From assembly GCA_008632985.1 (NCBI GenBank), contig QPGO01000013.1, positions 682,001 through 746,000 of the forward strand: 64,000 bases of DNA. The letters are read 5' to 3'. Below the pieces are notes generated by a model. The model saw only the letters and a list, made by a program, of their open reading frames with translations, ran no database searches and was not told where the DNA came from. This DNA is from Psammoneis japonica (lineage: Eukaryota). Each line of letters begins with the position of its first letter. The stretch's first letter is position 1. Shown here in pieces: positions 24,551 to 36,113 of the stretch. The position numbers were made by a program, and so were the translations under genes.

Positions 24551-27500
24551 ATGTTACGAGGTCTTTTGATAGCACCGTTGCTGTTTGTCAGCATGGCCAG
24601 CGGGCAACCGGTCCCGGGCGACACTATTTTGAACAAGGTGCCGTTTCTCATGACGCATGACACAGCCACGGGCTATCTCGGCAATGATGATTTGTATTTA
24701 AATCGAGAGGATCCAGATGATCTGATAATTTCATGGACAAAGACTCAGATCGGAACAGTGACGGATCAGATCAATTGCGGTGCTCGTGCGTTTGATATGC
24801 GTCCTTGGCTGACCGACGATGCGCTATTGATGCATCATGGAGGTGTGGTTGTTCCTCATCCGTTCAAGGACGCCATGGAAGAAATGGTACAATGGGCCGC
24901 TGACAATCCTGATGAGCTCTTGCTTGTTCTCGTAAATCAATGTTTTGGTGCTACACCCGAACTCAGACAAGAGTGTGACTCGAAAGCCATTGAGGCGCTG
25001 ACAGAGTTGAACATTTCCTATATCTATGATGATGTATGCAACACCACTGCACCTTTCCAGAACATGACACTCGATATGGCTAAGGAAAGTTTCAAGCTGC
25101 CCGGAGGTGGTTCTGTTTTGGTTGCTTGGAGGTATTGTTGGTTAACAAACTACATTCCCGCCAAATCCAACATTTGCTCCGGATACGAGTACGAAACGGC
25201 TGGAGTTAGCCGCAAGTATTATTGTTGGATGAATCGAACAAATCCTGACCAAGCCGTGAATCGTCTCTTTGACTACTTAGATGACATACATGAAGGAGGG
25301 GCTCCCGCAAACGGGAGTAAGTTTATCGCTTTGCTTTGACCAGACTACTGTACCGTTTTGCAATCGACTAACTTTGATTCGTGTTGCCTTCTTCTTTTAA
25401 AATAGCTCTTTGGATGACGCAAGCGATTTGGCAAGTCCAGCCAGAGAGTGCGATTGTCGGTGGATCTCATGGATCGTCCATTCTAGGAGACACGTTGATC
25501 TCTCGTGTGAATCGATTTGTCTTTGGAAACCTTACGCAGGGACGGTGGGGAACGAGGCCCGGCGTGGACGGCTTTAACATGTTGGAGGTAGACCATGTGT
25601 GTGATCAAGGCAACAACATTGCTATGGCGTTGGGAGACCCCAATATTAATCTGGCGGATTATCCCGACAATGTTGTTATTATTGATAATGGCACTGATAG
25701 GAGCATTTTGGTGGGTGACAATGTATTGTTTCCAGATGTTCCTGCCAATTTTACGCCCCGAATCTTCATCGATAACGTGTCTATTCGGAGATTTCACCGA
25801 AATGCAAGGTTTGGAAACACAAATGACATATACTTTTTAGTGGGATCAAACAACGAAGAGAAGCGCCGAGAATACATCGTTGGGATCCTTGGGGCGTTTA
25901 TATTAATGTCAGCCCTTTGTGTATTGTGGTGAGTGTTGTTTACGTATCTTGATGTTTTTTGCGCTACAGGTTCGAAAAGCTAATCTTTCGTCTACTCGTT
26001 AAGGGGGTGCTTTCTTATTTACATAAAGCTGTCGAATAGGTTCGATTGGTTGACTGGCGAGGTGCCGAGCCAGTCCAGAACAAGCCAGAAATCGTCTGAG
26101 GAAGAAGATGCTTCTAGCGCCAAGGAACATGAACAGAAAGTTGACTCCTCCCCGCCGGATGATACGCGAAATGTAACACGGTGCTTTCATTGCCCTTGCA
26201 TGGATGCTAGCAAAGAAAAAAAGTTGAAGTGGATTCGGTTTACAGTCCTGTTTTCTGGTCTTGTTATCCTGGTATGCTCTGGATTACTTATTGGTTTGGG
26301 ATTCAAGAGTGTCGTTGACATGTTGGAAACGACCCAGAGAAAGCTACCGGTGAGTTTATCTTGGTCAAAGTTATTTTATGGCCTTCTTCGGAGGAAGTAG
26401 GTGGGCGGCGTTAGTTCCGTTTCTCACCCACTCCTTGTGTGATACATGCTTTCTCTGAGTTCAGGACCTTCGAGGCCTACTTGCGACTGCGAATCGTGCT
26501 GCTGATACCTACCTTCTTCAGGTGAATAACACCAAGAAGGCAAGGACCGATTTCTTGGGCGCTTTGGCGCTCAATTGTAATCTCACAAAGGATGACCTTT
26601 CCGATGCGGCGGGCTTGAATGTGACTCAGATCGGAATTCAGAATGTGACAGAACTTCTGATCGCACTGAACGAGACTCTAAATAAACTTGAATTCCTGGA
26701 CCCAGAGGTATCCGCCATTAACAGATCCCTCGCTGGCCTACAGAGGGACATTATGAGCGTCGAGAATACGGTAGACGACATCAAAACATCGGTATTATTC
26801 CCAATCGCGGTCGCTTTTGTGTTGCTGGTGGATCTGATGACAATTTGGTTCATGGTTGGAGTCTACGTTGCATGGAAGAAGCAATCTCCTAGACTCTTCA
26901 ACGATTGCGGCACCAAGATTGCACTCCCCTTATATATTTCCGTTATCTTTATTGCATATTTGATGTCAGGGCTCGCAACTGCTGGAGCGGCTTTGTCCGC
27001 AGATTTCTGCGTAAGCGAGCGTGTTTCAATGCCCGAATAGTTTCAACGCGTAGCTTTGCTCATGTCTGGTCTTTGTTTACTGCTTACAGATTGAGACTCC
27101 AGATAACCAAGTGTTACGTATCATTGACGCCGAAGCACCGTTTGACGAGTTTTTCGAATACTACGTCCGGGTAAGTAACCGGAGCCCTGTTGAGTTCCGT
27201 TTTCTTTGTTTTAGCGGGTGTCTCACTTGTTTTCTTCTTTCATACACCAATCTGTGCAAGGGATGTGACCGAAATCTTAAACCTGAATTGCTTTTCGATG
27301 CATTCAAGGGGGTCGAGGTCGCCCTCCTCAAGATCCGCGAGGGTTTAACAGCCGTGTCGAATGCAGAGCCCGACACTCTACCATGCAAAAACGAATACTA
27401 TGTCCTTAGCACTGCTGGTGTCTTTGAAACGCAATACAACTTGTTTCTCAATGTCCTTTATCAACTTGGTGTGGAACTGAATTGTGACAAGGTCAACCCA

Positions 27501-27926
27501 ATCTATACAGGGATTGCCTACAGAGGTAAGCTAGTTTTGAAAATGTATTTGCAAGAGTCATTGCTGCGTTCAAACTAACATTTTTCTCCGTGCTTGCTGT
27601 GCAGCGACTTGTATCAATGGATTTGATTCCTTTTCTCTAATATTTTCATTCTTGCTTGTAATAGCGCTCTGCGCCATGGTAATAATAACACTTCGTGTTG
27701 CGTTTTACGACGTGGACATGGCGCAGGATGAATTGGATCGATTAAACAAGGAACAACAAAGGAGGTGGCCATGGAACAGGGCATTATAAAACAAGAGGAA
27801 CATGTTTCTTCAGAATCGTTTTTAAAAGAGGAGAGTAACGAATCATTTCAACAAGAGGAAAATGGAGATGCAGAGGATGTCACTGGTCAAGAGCATTATG
27901 AAATCAAAGAGCAAGAATCGCCTTGA
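24551..27926 (+). CDS. Paralog of the 1678-4784 gene: PLC-X-like phosphodiesterase plus multi-pass membrane domain; multi-exon
   Basis: PFLMTHDTATGYLG, QINCGARAFDMRP, CSGYEYETAGVSRKYYCW, ARFGNTNDIY shared with the first copy. Donors near 25317, 25929, 26350, 27011, 27171, 27526. Stop at 27789 as written, or 27926 if a 1-bp indel near 27760 is corrected. Confidence 0.75.
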
Positions 27927-27991
27927 TCGTGTCGAGTATGAGACTAAGTTAGAATACACAATCTCTCGTCGACAAAACGCAGTTCTCCGCA

Positions 27992-28791
27992 TTATAGTCT
28001 CATTCCTAACGCAGTCTTGGGAGCCGTGAGTTGAATCTCAAAACTCCAAACTGACGGCGGTTGCTTGGCAAGAGAAACATAAGCACTTGCAAGCTCGGCC
28101 GGGTCCATAATTTGTTTGGCGGGCCAGTTGCGGGTGTTTGGTGAATCAATGACACCATCGACAATGACATGCGCCACGTGAATGCCCTTTGGCGCGTAGG
28201 CTTGAAACATGGACTGCGAATAACTCCTGAGCGCCGCCTTGGCGGGTGCCACCGCTCCAAAATCGGCTCCTCCCCGCAAGGACATTGTTGCACCCGTCAC
28301 CAAAAGACACCACGGCCGCGTTCCAGCATGGGCGGAATGGCGCAATTGGCCACCCGAACGCAACCGGTTGCCCCAATATCAAAGGAACTTGTAAAATAGG
28401 TCGGATCGACTTCGTGTGGTAAGGGAAAATTGCCAAAGGTATCTCTTCCGGGAGGAAATCCGGATGCCGCGTTAAACACCACGCACTCAACCGCGCCAAT
28501 CGCAGCCGCCACATCAAACGCCTTGGCAACCGACTCGTCACTGGAAACATCACAAACTTGTGCCGTTGCCTTGTTTTCGCCTTGTGCGTCCGTTACCAAC
28601 TGTGCTACTGCATCCAGCACCGGTTTGCGACGTCCCAGCAAAACCACGTGGTCATATTCCTCCGCAAAGGCCAACGCTAGAGCTCCGCCCAATCCAAACC
28701 TGGCTGTGGGAGCAAAGTCAGTAGCTTCTCCGTCCTTGTCGTGCTTGGATCCAGCACCCACAATGACAGCAACACGGCTTGACGATGCCAT
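27992..28791 (-). CDS. Short-chain dehydrogenase/reductase (one apparent frameshift near 28310)
   Basis: VAVIVGAG...GLGGALA, VVFNA, LLVTGATMSLRG, AKAALRSYSQS, PKGIHVAHVIVDGVIDSP split across two ORFs. Confidence 0.8.
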
Positions 28792-29162
28792 GGTTGTGTT
28801 TTTTGTATGTCTACTGTATATCAAGAACTTGGAACTCTTTTGAGGTTCGCGACTTGACGTTTGACGTGACCCCCAAAATAAGATCGAGTGAAGATTTCCC
28901 TCCAACATGAAAGATACTTTTATATAAAACTTTAGCCATTAGTATGTTCATAATATATTGAATGTATTAGTTCATGAGGTAAAAGTATGAAAAATCGAAA
29001 ATTTGGATCTTGCGTCGTCTTCTCGTTCACCGCTGTTGTTGTGGTATCGAGAGTCTGTTGAAGAAGGCCAGATTTACTTTTTCTCTCTCTTGCGAACACA
29101 CGGTTGTTGAGTACACTTACTAGGGCCCTAAAACTAACCCCAGAGAGACCTGCACCACCACC

Positions 29163-31823
29163 ATGTTGGGGATTGGTAAAGACAAAAACAGCCACGGCGA
29201 TGATGACGACGAGGGCAAGATGGGAGACAGGCGCACGTTGGAACGTGGCCACTTGGTGAGTCAACGCACCATGGACTGGACCGCCCGCAAGACTCCTGGC
29301 AGTTCGGTGGGTGACGCGTTGCGGGCCAACGTCAAGCCCTCGTCTCCGCAGGTGCACAATGGAATCCATGTTCACAAGATTACAGCCTATGGCCAAGTGC
29401 GAAACCGTGTCTTGACCGTTTCCAACGACTATTACGCTGTGTTTGTAACACACGGCAAGGTGTCTGGCAAAAACAAGGGCGTCTTGTCCACCGTGGCTTG
29501 CACACTCAAGACGCCCCTGTTGACACGCAAGGGCTGGTCCAAGCGTGATCGTTATGTGCGGTACATTGATGTGGCAGATCTCGACTATGTTCAACCTGGT
29601 GTAGTGGGAACATCCAAGTTGGAATACACGAGACGATCCAAGGACCGCATGCAGGGCAAGGACGGGAGAGTCGATCGGGAAGCGGAGCACATTGTCAGTA
29701 TCATTCATCACGGTGATCAGACACTCGATGTCCTTGTCAGGGACAAGCAACAACGTGATGCTCTTGTACAGTGCATCAAGGACATGATTTCCACCTACCG
29801 CGAGGCGCAACATACGTGGGTAACGAAGAACTGTTGCTGCGTTATATTTGGTACGACATTGACGCCACCAACGACGGTTTGATTCAGCGGGATGAGTTTA
29901 TCAAAATGACCAGCCGCATCAATCTTCCTGTCAGGAACCCTACCAAGGTGTACAAAAAGTATCTGGAAGAACTCCAAGCCAAAGCGGCAAAGGCGTCGTC
30001 GTATGACGGAAAACCAAAGGACGGACTTTCCTATCACGAAAGCATGTGTTTGTTGCAGCGCATCAAGGCTGGGCAGTACACAAGCAAGGCGACAAGAAAA
30101 AGGGTGTGATTGACACTCTGCCGAGCATGGCGCTCTGGGATTCCATTTTTGGTGCCGACGCGACACATGCGACAAGTACAGACTTTCTCAACAAGTTCCT
30201 AAAAGACTATCAAGGCGAAATCGACGCAACCGAAGAAACCGTCAAGGACTTGTTGGATGTGGTCAATCACTGGGAACTGAATCGGGAAGGTGACGAGATT
30301 TGGCCCAACCACATGTGCAAGATTCGTTTCGAGGCCTATCTCAAGAGCTCCATGAACTCTGCGTACGACCCCCAAACGCAAGAGATCGACCTGAAATCGT
30401 TGGATGAGCCCATTTCGCATTATTGGATCGACACGTCGCATAATACTTATCTCTTGGGTGATCAGTTGCAGTCCACGTCGAGTGTTGGCATGTACATGGA
30501 ATCCTTGCGTCGGGGATGCAAATGTCTTGAACTCGATTGTTGGGACGGCGAAAAGACAATGTGGGGAGTGCCCGTACCCATTGTCTTTCACGGCCACACG
30601 CTCACAACCAAAATTATTTTTGCCGATATCATCAAGGGAGTCAAGAATTATGTCGATCACAATCCCAACACGGCTCCCATTATTCTGTCCCTGGAAAACC
30701 ATTGCTCTCATCCCTTCCAGGAAAGCATGGCCAAGATTCTTACCGACGTCTTGGGTGATTTGCTCTACATTCCCTTTGCGGACGGCAAAAAGCCGCACGA
30801 TCCCGAGCACGAGGTACTACCGTCACCCATGGCGCTGCGGGGTAAGATTGTCATCAAAGGAAAACGTCCACCAGAACTGGACGAAGGAGACGATGACGCC
30901 ACGACGGAAGCAGACGAAGTAGATCCGTACGACGAGGCGACTAACAACAATGACAAAAAGCCGGGCGACGCCTCCAAGGCCAAGCCGTCGCACAAGATTG
31001 TCAAGGAACTCGCCCGCATGACGCTGTTTCACGGGACAAAATTCAAGTCGTTTGAACAGTCGACAAAGCTCCTTCCGTCGCACATGCATTCGATTGGAGA
31101 AACAAAAATTACCAAAATCCTCAACAAGGACAAGAACAATGCTGACGCGTGGCGTCAATACAATGTCCGTCACATGACAAGGACTTATCCGGCTGGAACG
31201 CGTGTCGATTCTTCCAATTACAATCCAATCGTGGCGTGGTCCATGGGTTGTCAGCTTGTGGCGCTCAACTTTCAAACCAGTGACGATCCTCTTTTGCTCA
31301 ATGACGGAAGGTTCCGTCAAAACGGAGGCTGTGGATACGTACTCAAGCCACCTAGTGTCATGGGTACAGAAAAGGTGGATTGGACACAAACCACAGAAAT
31401 TACAATCAAGGTGCTGAGTGGTAGCTGTCTACCGAAACCACGCGGTGCCAAGGCTGGTGAAACGATTGACCCGTACGTCAAGGTGACGCTGCACGATACC
31501 AAACCCGACAGCGAAACGGGCATTGAAAAGTATTCCAGTGATTCGTTTCAAACGTCGGTGATTGACGACAATGGCTTTTGTCCCATTGGAATGAAGCGTC
31601 TGCCGAACCCAACCACAAATTTGAGGTTCGAAACAAGGACGTGGCCATGATTCAGTTTGCCTTGTGGGAGTCGGATTATGATTTGGACGACAAGGTGGCG
31701 GACGCTACAATTCCAATCTCGTGCCTTCGAAAGGGGGTGCGATCGGTACAGCTCTACGACCCCAAGGGCACAAGAACGGGACCTTTTGGCTTTGCAACAA
31801 TTCTTGTCGAGATTGGAATGTAA
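29163..31823 (+). CDS. Phosphoinositide-specific phospholipase C (PH-EF-X-Y-C2, PLC-delta-like); apparent frameshifts near 29820, 30100 and 31590
   Basis: X box YWIDTSHNTYLLGDQL, GCKCLELDCWDG, PIILSLENHCS; Y box RTYPAGTRVDSSNYNP, QLVALNFQT; C2 IDPYVKV, NGFCP, LRKGVRSVQLYD. Confidence 0.92.
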
Positions 31824-31954
31824 GATGAAAACGCATGGGGTTATTGAATGTTCAGTGTATGTGCGAAAAAGAGTGAATTGTATGAAGGAGTCGGTTTCGA
31901 GAAGTTCACATGGACCGGCTCTCCTCAAGAAATTGATGTTGTATGTTTCCATAT

Positions 31955-32947
31955 TTAAAAACGAGTATGCGTAAAGGAGGCATTATGCGTGGTGTGATGC
32001 GTTTTAATTCCATTATCAGTATACCCTTTCAGAGCCCCAATGGCCGAAAACAGCTCCTTCATTCCATTGCTACCATCGTCTTGAGCACAAGACCGCGGAG
32101 TATCCCCATCCATATCTTGTTGATCCGGATCTGCACCGTGTTCCAACAGCAGCTTGACCGCGTGAACATTCCCTCCAATCACAGCCGCTTGCAGTACACT
32201 GATACCCTCCTCGTCTGCGGCATTAACATTTGCACCCTTGTTCAACAAGAGTTTGAGACACTCCAACGATCCACGGTCCGCCGCAAAATGCAAGGCGGTT
32301 TGTCCCGAATCATCCGGATCGTTTGGGTCGGCACCTCTTGACAACAATGTCTCCACGTCACTTATGGATTGCTTATTCTTTTTCTTATCAGTCGAACTAC
32401 ACGAAGAGACGGCACTTCTCAATTGTTGTTCCAACGATGTCTCTCCATCGTCTTCGTCACTTTCGTCTTGGACCAGTGTACTGACTCGCGGTGCTCCCAT
32501 TCCTCCAGTTTCTTGATTGGCATCCCCAAGTTGTTGTACCATGTCTAGACCCTCTATATAATGAGTCATGGCAATTTCTCTAGACATTCCACGCAATTTT
32601 GATCGGGCCAAGTGTTTGTAATATCGTTCCATAAAGATACGGGATGGTGCGGGTTCATCACGTGGCAAATCTCCGACAGTTGCTTGCTTGTACAAGGCAT
32701 ACATGGCCAGCTTGTCTCCCGTCGAGGCATGTTCGAGAATCGTTGGTGCTCTTGCTACCGCTTTGCGAAACGCCTCGTTCAATGCCGGATTGGAACTCAG
32801 CGGGCCCAAGTCTTGTTGTTGTTCTTCTGCGTGTTTTCGAGTTTTTTCGGCTTCTCGAACATAGAGCGCAGCAGTCGCGGCGGCGACAATCACCAAGGAT
32901 GCTGTCACGACAACAAATGTAGTGCTACTACCTTGTCGTTTACTCAT
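31955..32947 (-). CDS. Acyl-CoA-binding protein with N-terminal TM and C-terminal ankyrin repeats
   Basis: ACB motif KLAMYALYKQATVGD...GMSREIAMTHYI; ankyrin repeats GQTALHFAADRG and GADPDQQDMDGDTP; likely start MSKRQG. Confidence 0.88.
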   Translation of the reverse strand: MSKRQGSSTTFVVVTASLVIVAAATAALYVREAEKTRKHAEEQQQDLGPLSSNPALNEAFRKAVARAPTILEHASTGDKLAMYALYKQATVGDLPRDEPAPSRIFMERYYKHLARSKLRGMSREIAMTHYIEGLDMVQQLGDANQETGGMGAPRVSTLVQDESDEDDGETSLEQQLRSAVSSCSSTDKKKNKQSISDVETLLSRGADPNDPDDSGQTALHFAADRGSLECLKLLLNKGANVNAADEEGISVLQAAVIGGNVHAVKLLLEHGADPDQQDMDGDTPRSCAQDDGSNGMKELFSAIGALKGYTDNGIKTHHTTHNASFTHTRF

Positions 32948-33320
32948 GGTCTTATTCTTTTCAATTATTTTAAACTGTGGAGCGTAGACAAACAACGGGC
33001 GACATGAACGGCGCAACTCTACCGGGACGTCATTGTGTGCGGCGTTGATTTGTTTTGACGGATGCTGATGCGTTGAATTCATTTTGCCTTCATGAATGAA
33101 GATGTTGAATACCCTTGGTTCATTGATGGTTTTTAGGCGACTCTTCTTCTGATTTTTGGACACACGGACGGACGACATCACAAAATCACGCGCGGCGTGC
33201 GAAAAAGAAAAGCGAAAAAAACACCCACATACTCAACACTTTCGACTTGCAAAGCACAACACAACACGGAGTCTGCGTTACTTTCCTTCTGTTCTACAAT
33301 ACTCTCCATAACTGATACAT

Positions 33321-34163
33321 ATGGTACTCGAAATGACGTTCCGAAGAAAGCATAGTTCATTTCTTGTGTTGGTTGCCCTTTGTTGCCTATCGATCCATCC
33401 AAGTGGCTTTTCTGCCATATCCGCTACTACTCCATCATCTAGAATACTTTCGTCGACACGGTTGTGTTTGAAACGCGGTGGCAAAAAGAAGAAAAAGGTC
33501 AAGGACGGTGTTGTTTGTGTCAATCGTGCTGCACGACGAAATTATGAAGTGGTCGATACGCTCGAAGCCGGCATTGCCCTCAAGGGTACCGAAGTCAAGT
33601 CGGTGCGTGATGGGAAAATGAATATACGTGATGGATACGTGAGACCGACCAAGGATGGGAGGGGATGTGTCTTGCACAATGTGCATATTGGAAAGGTGTG
33701 TGTTTTGAGATTATTTGGTAGAGTGTTGTTGTTGCTTTTAGGAAAGCACTTGTCTCACTCCTCTCGTCCTTTGTTCCAAATAATTAGCACTCCATGTCGA
33801 GTGAGTACTTTCAACACGAAGAGCGGCGACCAAGGGCCTTGCTGGTCCACAAGGAACAAGCTCGAAAATGGCAAAAGGAGACGGAACGAACAAGCATGAC
33901 TATTGTTCCTCTAAAGGCTTACTTTAATGACGACAATCGATTAAAGATTCAGGTAAGAGAACAATACTTGGTCGTTGTGTCTGCTGTGTTTGTACTTTTT
34001 CCCTTTTTGTGTTTGGTATTGACATCTACGTATGCTATGCCATGAATATGTTGTGTAGATTGCTCTTTGCCGTGGAAAAAATGTCAGAGACAAACGACAA
34101 GCCATCAAGGACCGTGAGGCAACACGAGAAGCCAACCGCATTATCAAAAACTTTCGTCTCTAG
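33321..34163 (+). CDS. smpB: SsrA-binding protein SmpB, probably plastid-targeted; exons 33321-33695, 33788-33952, 34059-34163
   Basis: [70 protein letters not shown] introns restore the frame; signal peptide ending at SGF. Confidence 0.92.
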
Positions 34164-34309
34164 AGTCAAGTCGAGGTTCGCGTGGTCAATTTTTTCATGT
34201 CGCAAGAAAACTACAAGTACAAATCGACACTATAAGCTACATTGGAAGACTATGTCACTTAGTCCTGCAATTATAAGTCAATCAGAGAATGCCAAGCATG
34301 AGGCATCTG

Positions 34310-34790
34310 GACCGGTAGCTAAGTAGGCCCTAGAGGGCTAGCAAGAAGTAGCTGTACTCTCTAGTCGTATGGTAGCTACCAGGTAGCTAGCTACTCGTAA
34401 GGTACTGGCTAGAGTAGAAGTAGCTTAGCTATGCAAGCTACTAGAGCTCTAGTAGTAGCTACTTCTCTAGTAGTAGCTACTACTCTCGACTACTCTCTAG
34501 AGCAGAGAGTACCGGAAGTAGCAGCTAGCTACAGTAGCTACTCTCTACTAGAGAGCTTAGCTACTACTCTAGCTAGCTAAAAGCTAGCTCATTCTACTCT
34601 CTAGAGAGTAGAGAGAGAGCTACTACTACTAGCTACTTCGTAGCTAGAGTAGAGAGTACCGGTAGAGCTACTAGCTAGCTAGAGTAGAGAGTAGAGAGAG
34701 TAGTAGAGACTCTAGGGTAGAGAGTAGCTACTACTACTACTAGCTAGAGTAGCTCTCTAGAGAGTAAAGCTACTCTAGCTAGGTCTAACT
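34310..34790. repeat. Low-complexity TAG/CTA/GAG tract (TpA-rich)
   Basis: About 480 bp built from tagc, ctac, tact, ctct and agag words, with many short palindromes (CTAG, TAGCTA). Confidence 0.85.
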
Positions 34791-34954
34791 ACCACGAAAT
34801 AGAGCACACCGTCTATGACTGATTGCGCTTTTCCTTTTCTCGCAGAAAAAGGGCAAGAGATTTTTGGCGAGCGGCTGCTCACTTTTTTCGAGAGCACCCT
34901 CGGGCCTTTACCGGTAGATAGTCGCAAAGACACTCATCACAATACTACTACACA

Positions 34955-35782
34955 ATGGGCGACTGTAATTCGACAGAAGCAGCAGCAGCAGCAGGAAAGA
35001 AGCCTCCTGTGAGACTCGTTTGCGTCAAGGAGGGAACTCTGACTGTTTTTGGTGAAGAGTATGTTGTGAAAAAGCCTCCTTTGGCAAAGGAAGCGGCGAA
35101 TGCTGAGAATCGTGACGAAAAGGATACAAAAACGGAAGAAAATAAAAAGACAATACCACAAAAAGCGCCTCAGCAAGTCAAACCAAAGAGTATCAACAAC
35201 AATACTCTCGTCATGAAACTCCGACCACATTTGCTCGATTTCAGCGGTGATTCCTTTGCAGTTGTCGATGTGTCGACCGATACAGAACTCTTTGAGGTTG
35301 GAGGCGACGCCTTGTCCTTTAATCAACGACGATATGTGGTGGATGCTAAAACCAAGAAACAGATATTTTACATGGACGAAGAATACTTTCAGCTGGGTGA
35401 CGATCAAACCATCTTTAAGGCAAGCAAAAAGAATGGCGGCAGCACTGAAGTCTGTCGTGTTTGTTCGGGGCTTGGAAATTACACACAATGGACCGAGGGA
35501 CTTCATAACAGCAATGGAAAGCCCATAAAGCTTGGCGGGAAAATGGGCATATTTCTCAAGGGACACATCTTTATAGACAAGGGACAAGAGGGTGACAGTC
35601 GCAAGGCGATTGCCAGAATCATGTCACCTTTGGATTGGTGCGACTTTTGGCCCAAGGGATGGGAACGAGACTCATATCTAGTAGAAGTTTCACCAGGCGT
35701 TGATTCGGCTCTTATACTAGCAATGGTGCTGGCCATTGAGAAAATGTTGCAAACCTACGACAATGATTCATCTTTCTTTTGA
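34955..35782 (+). CDS. LURP-one-related / Tubby-C-like protein
   Basis: DFSGDSFAVVD..LFEVGG and DSYLVEVSPGVDSALILAMVLAIE fit the LOR family; intact 275-aa ORF. Confidence 0.7.
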   Translation: MGDCNSTEAAAAAGKKPPVRLVCVKEGTLTVFGEEYVVKKPPLAKEAANAENRDEKDTKTEENKKTIPQKAPQQVKPKSINNNTLVMKLRPHLLDFSGDSFAVVDVSTDTELFEVGGDALSFNQRRYVVDAKTKKQIFYMDEEYFQLGDDQTIFKASKKNGGSTEVCRVCSGLGNYTQWTEGLHNSNGKPIKLGGKMGIFLKGHIFIDKGQEGDSRKAIARIMSPLDWCDFWPKGWERDSYLVEVSPGVDSALILAMVLAIEKMLQTYDNDSSFF

Positions 35783-36113
35783 TGATGTGGCGACAGAGCG
35801 CTCAACTGGAAATGGAACATTCTAGAGAGATACCCAGAAACTCTATTGCTATTTTTACTTTATCCCAAAGATTATGTCCTTTGCTTTGTGGCTCTAGCTA
35901 GCTAGTAGAGCTATTCATAGTAGGGCCCTAGAGCGAGAGAAGTTGTTGTCAATCTAGAGCTTCACAGCTCTCACCGTCCGTCGTCCGGACGCACGACCCG
36001 CAAAAGATGATCAGCGGCAAGACGGCGAAATCTGAAATTTGCGTTGCGTCGCTCCGCAATGACCGAAAGCCAATCTGAAAAGCCGTCGCAAAGCAAGTTA
36101 CACATCGACAACC

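Noticed and set aside
28932..29813. 293-aa minus-strand ORF
   Set aside because: Antisense shadow of the PI-PLC coding region.
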